Positions 58,936 through 64,000 of a DNA stretch of 64,000 bases are shown here, in pieces. A program made the translations under genes and the position numbers. Source of the DNA: the human T2T-CHM13v2.0 reference genome, Homo sapiens. Every line of letters starts with the position of its first letter. Position 1 is the first letter of the stretch. The notes under the pieces were generated by a model. It saw only the letters and a program-made list of their open reading frames with translations, had not been told where the DNA came from and ran no database searches. The stretch lies in assembly GCF_009914755.1 (NCBI RefSeq), contig NC_060930.1. One strand, 5' to 3'.

Positions 58936-59329
58936 AATAGCATGACCACAAAATAACTGCTGCACGGATGTTTATAGCAGCATTATTCATAATAGCCAAA
59001 GGTGGACACAGCCCAAATGTTTATAAATGAAGCATGAAAAAAGTGGTATATCCATTATTTGGCCAGAAAAAAGAATAAGTTACTGATACATGCTACAACT
59101 TGGATGGAACTCAAAGCCCACATGTATATATCCATTCCTATGAGAGTCCAGAATAGGTAAATCTATAGAGACAGGAAGTAGGTTAGTGATTGCTGCTTAG
59201 GAATGGTGGGGGTGAGGATGAGCTGATGAGTGCTAAAGGGTATGATGTTTCTTTTTGAGATGAAAATGTCCTAAAGTTGACTGTGGTGATGGTTGTACAA
59301 CTCTGAATATCCTAAAAACCCACTGAATT

Positions 59330-59637
<308 letters not shown>

Positions 59638-60289
59638 TTAAGTGGAAAGACAACTTAAAAGACCAAGAAATTGTATGGTATACAAATTATATCTCAATAA
59701 AGTTGTTAAACCTAACCCTAAAAAAAAAAAAAAGCAAAAAATAAAGGATGAAAAAGATATACTGTGTAAACACAAATCAAAAGAAAGCTGGGTGATTAGT
59801 ATCAGACAAAATAGATTTCAGAGCAAAGACAATTACCAGGGATTACAAGGGACATTACCTAATGACAGAAGTGTCAGTTCACCAAGAAGACACCTAACAA
59901 CAGAACTTCAAATTGCACAAAAGAAAAACTGACAAAATTGAAGGTAAAGAACGAATTCACAATAATAGTTGAATATTTCAACATGCCTGGCTTAGTAATT
60001 GATAGAACCATAAGCAGACAATCAGCAAGGATAAAGAAGAGGCAAACAGCATCACCATTCAGCTGGACCATATTGACAATTGTGGACCACTTCACCCAAC
60101 AACAGCAGAATAAACGTGCTTTTCAAGTGCACATGGAATAGTCACATACACAGAGCACATCTTACGTTATTAAAAGACACTTAACCAATTTAAAAGAACT
60201 GAAAAATATGAAGTATGTTTCTGCCCACATAATTTTAAATCAGAAAATAACTAAATATTTTAATATTATCACAAGATAATATTCTTTAA

Positions 60290-64000
<3,711 letters not shown>

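Overview
Primate (human-type) genomic DNA, recognised as the 3' part of CEP43 (FGFR1OP/FOP, centrosomal protein, chr6q27 between RNASET2 and CCR6) on the + strand. Eight coding exons (6-13, about aa 147-399) can be reconstructed with canonical AG/GT ends and consistent phases. The stop codon is TAG at 32192-32194. It is followed by several poly(A) signals, the most distal at about 44913, which would give a ~12.7 kb Alu-rich 3' UTR. The rest is intronic or intergenic sequence dense in interspersed repeats: over 25 Alus, L1, L2, MIR, Tigger/hAT DNA transposons, MaLR/ERV1 LTRs, a solo HERV-H LTR7-type element and a deleted HERV-L provirus. Almost all ORFs in the supplied track are repeat-derived noise. 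I found no convincing new gene or novel multi-component system. The best leads are a candidate poison exon in intron 7, competing donors and an RBFOX site at cassette exon 7, a mirror-arranged set of inverted Alus in the extended 3' UTR, an MRE/E-box minisatellite growing out of a MER82 end, a rare 5'-inverted (twin-primed) Alu, and a triple-nested Alu. Gene identity, exon numbering and repeat subfamily names come from recall, not database searches. Repeat boundaries are approximate unless target-site duplications (TSDs) are quoted.
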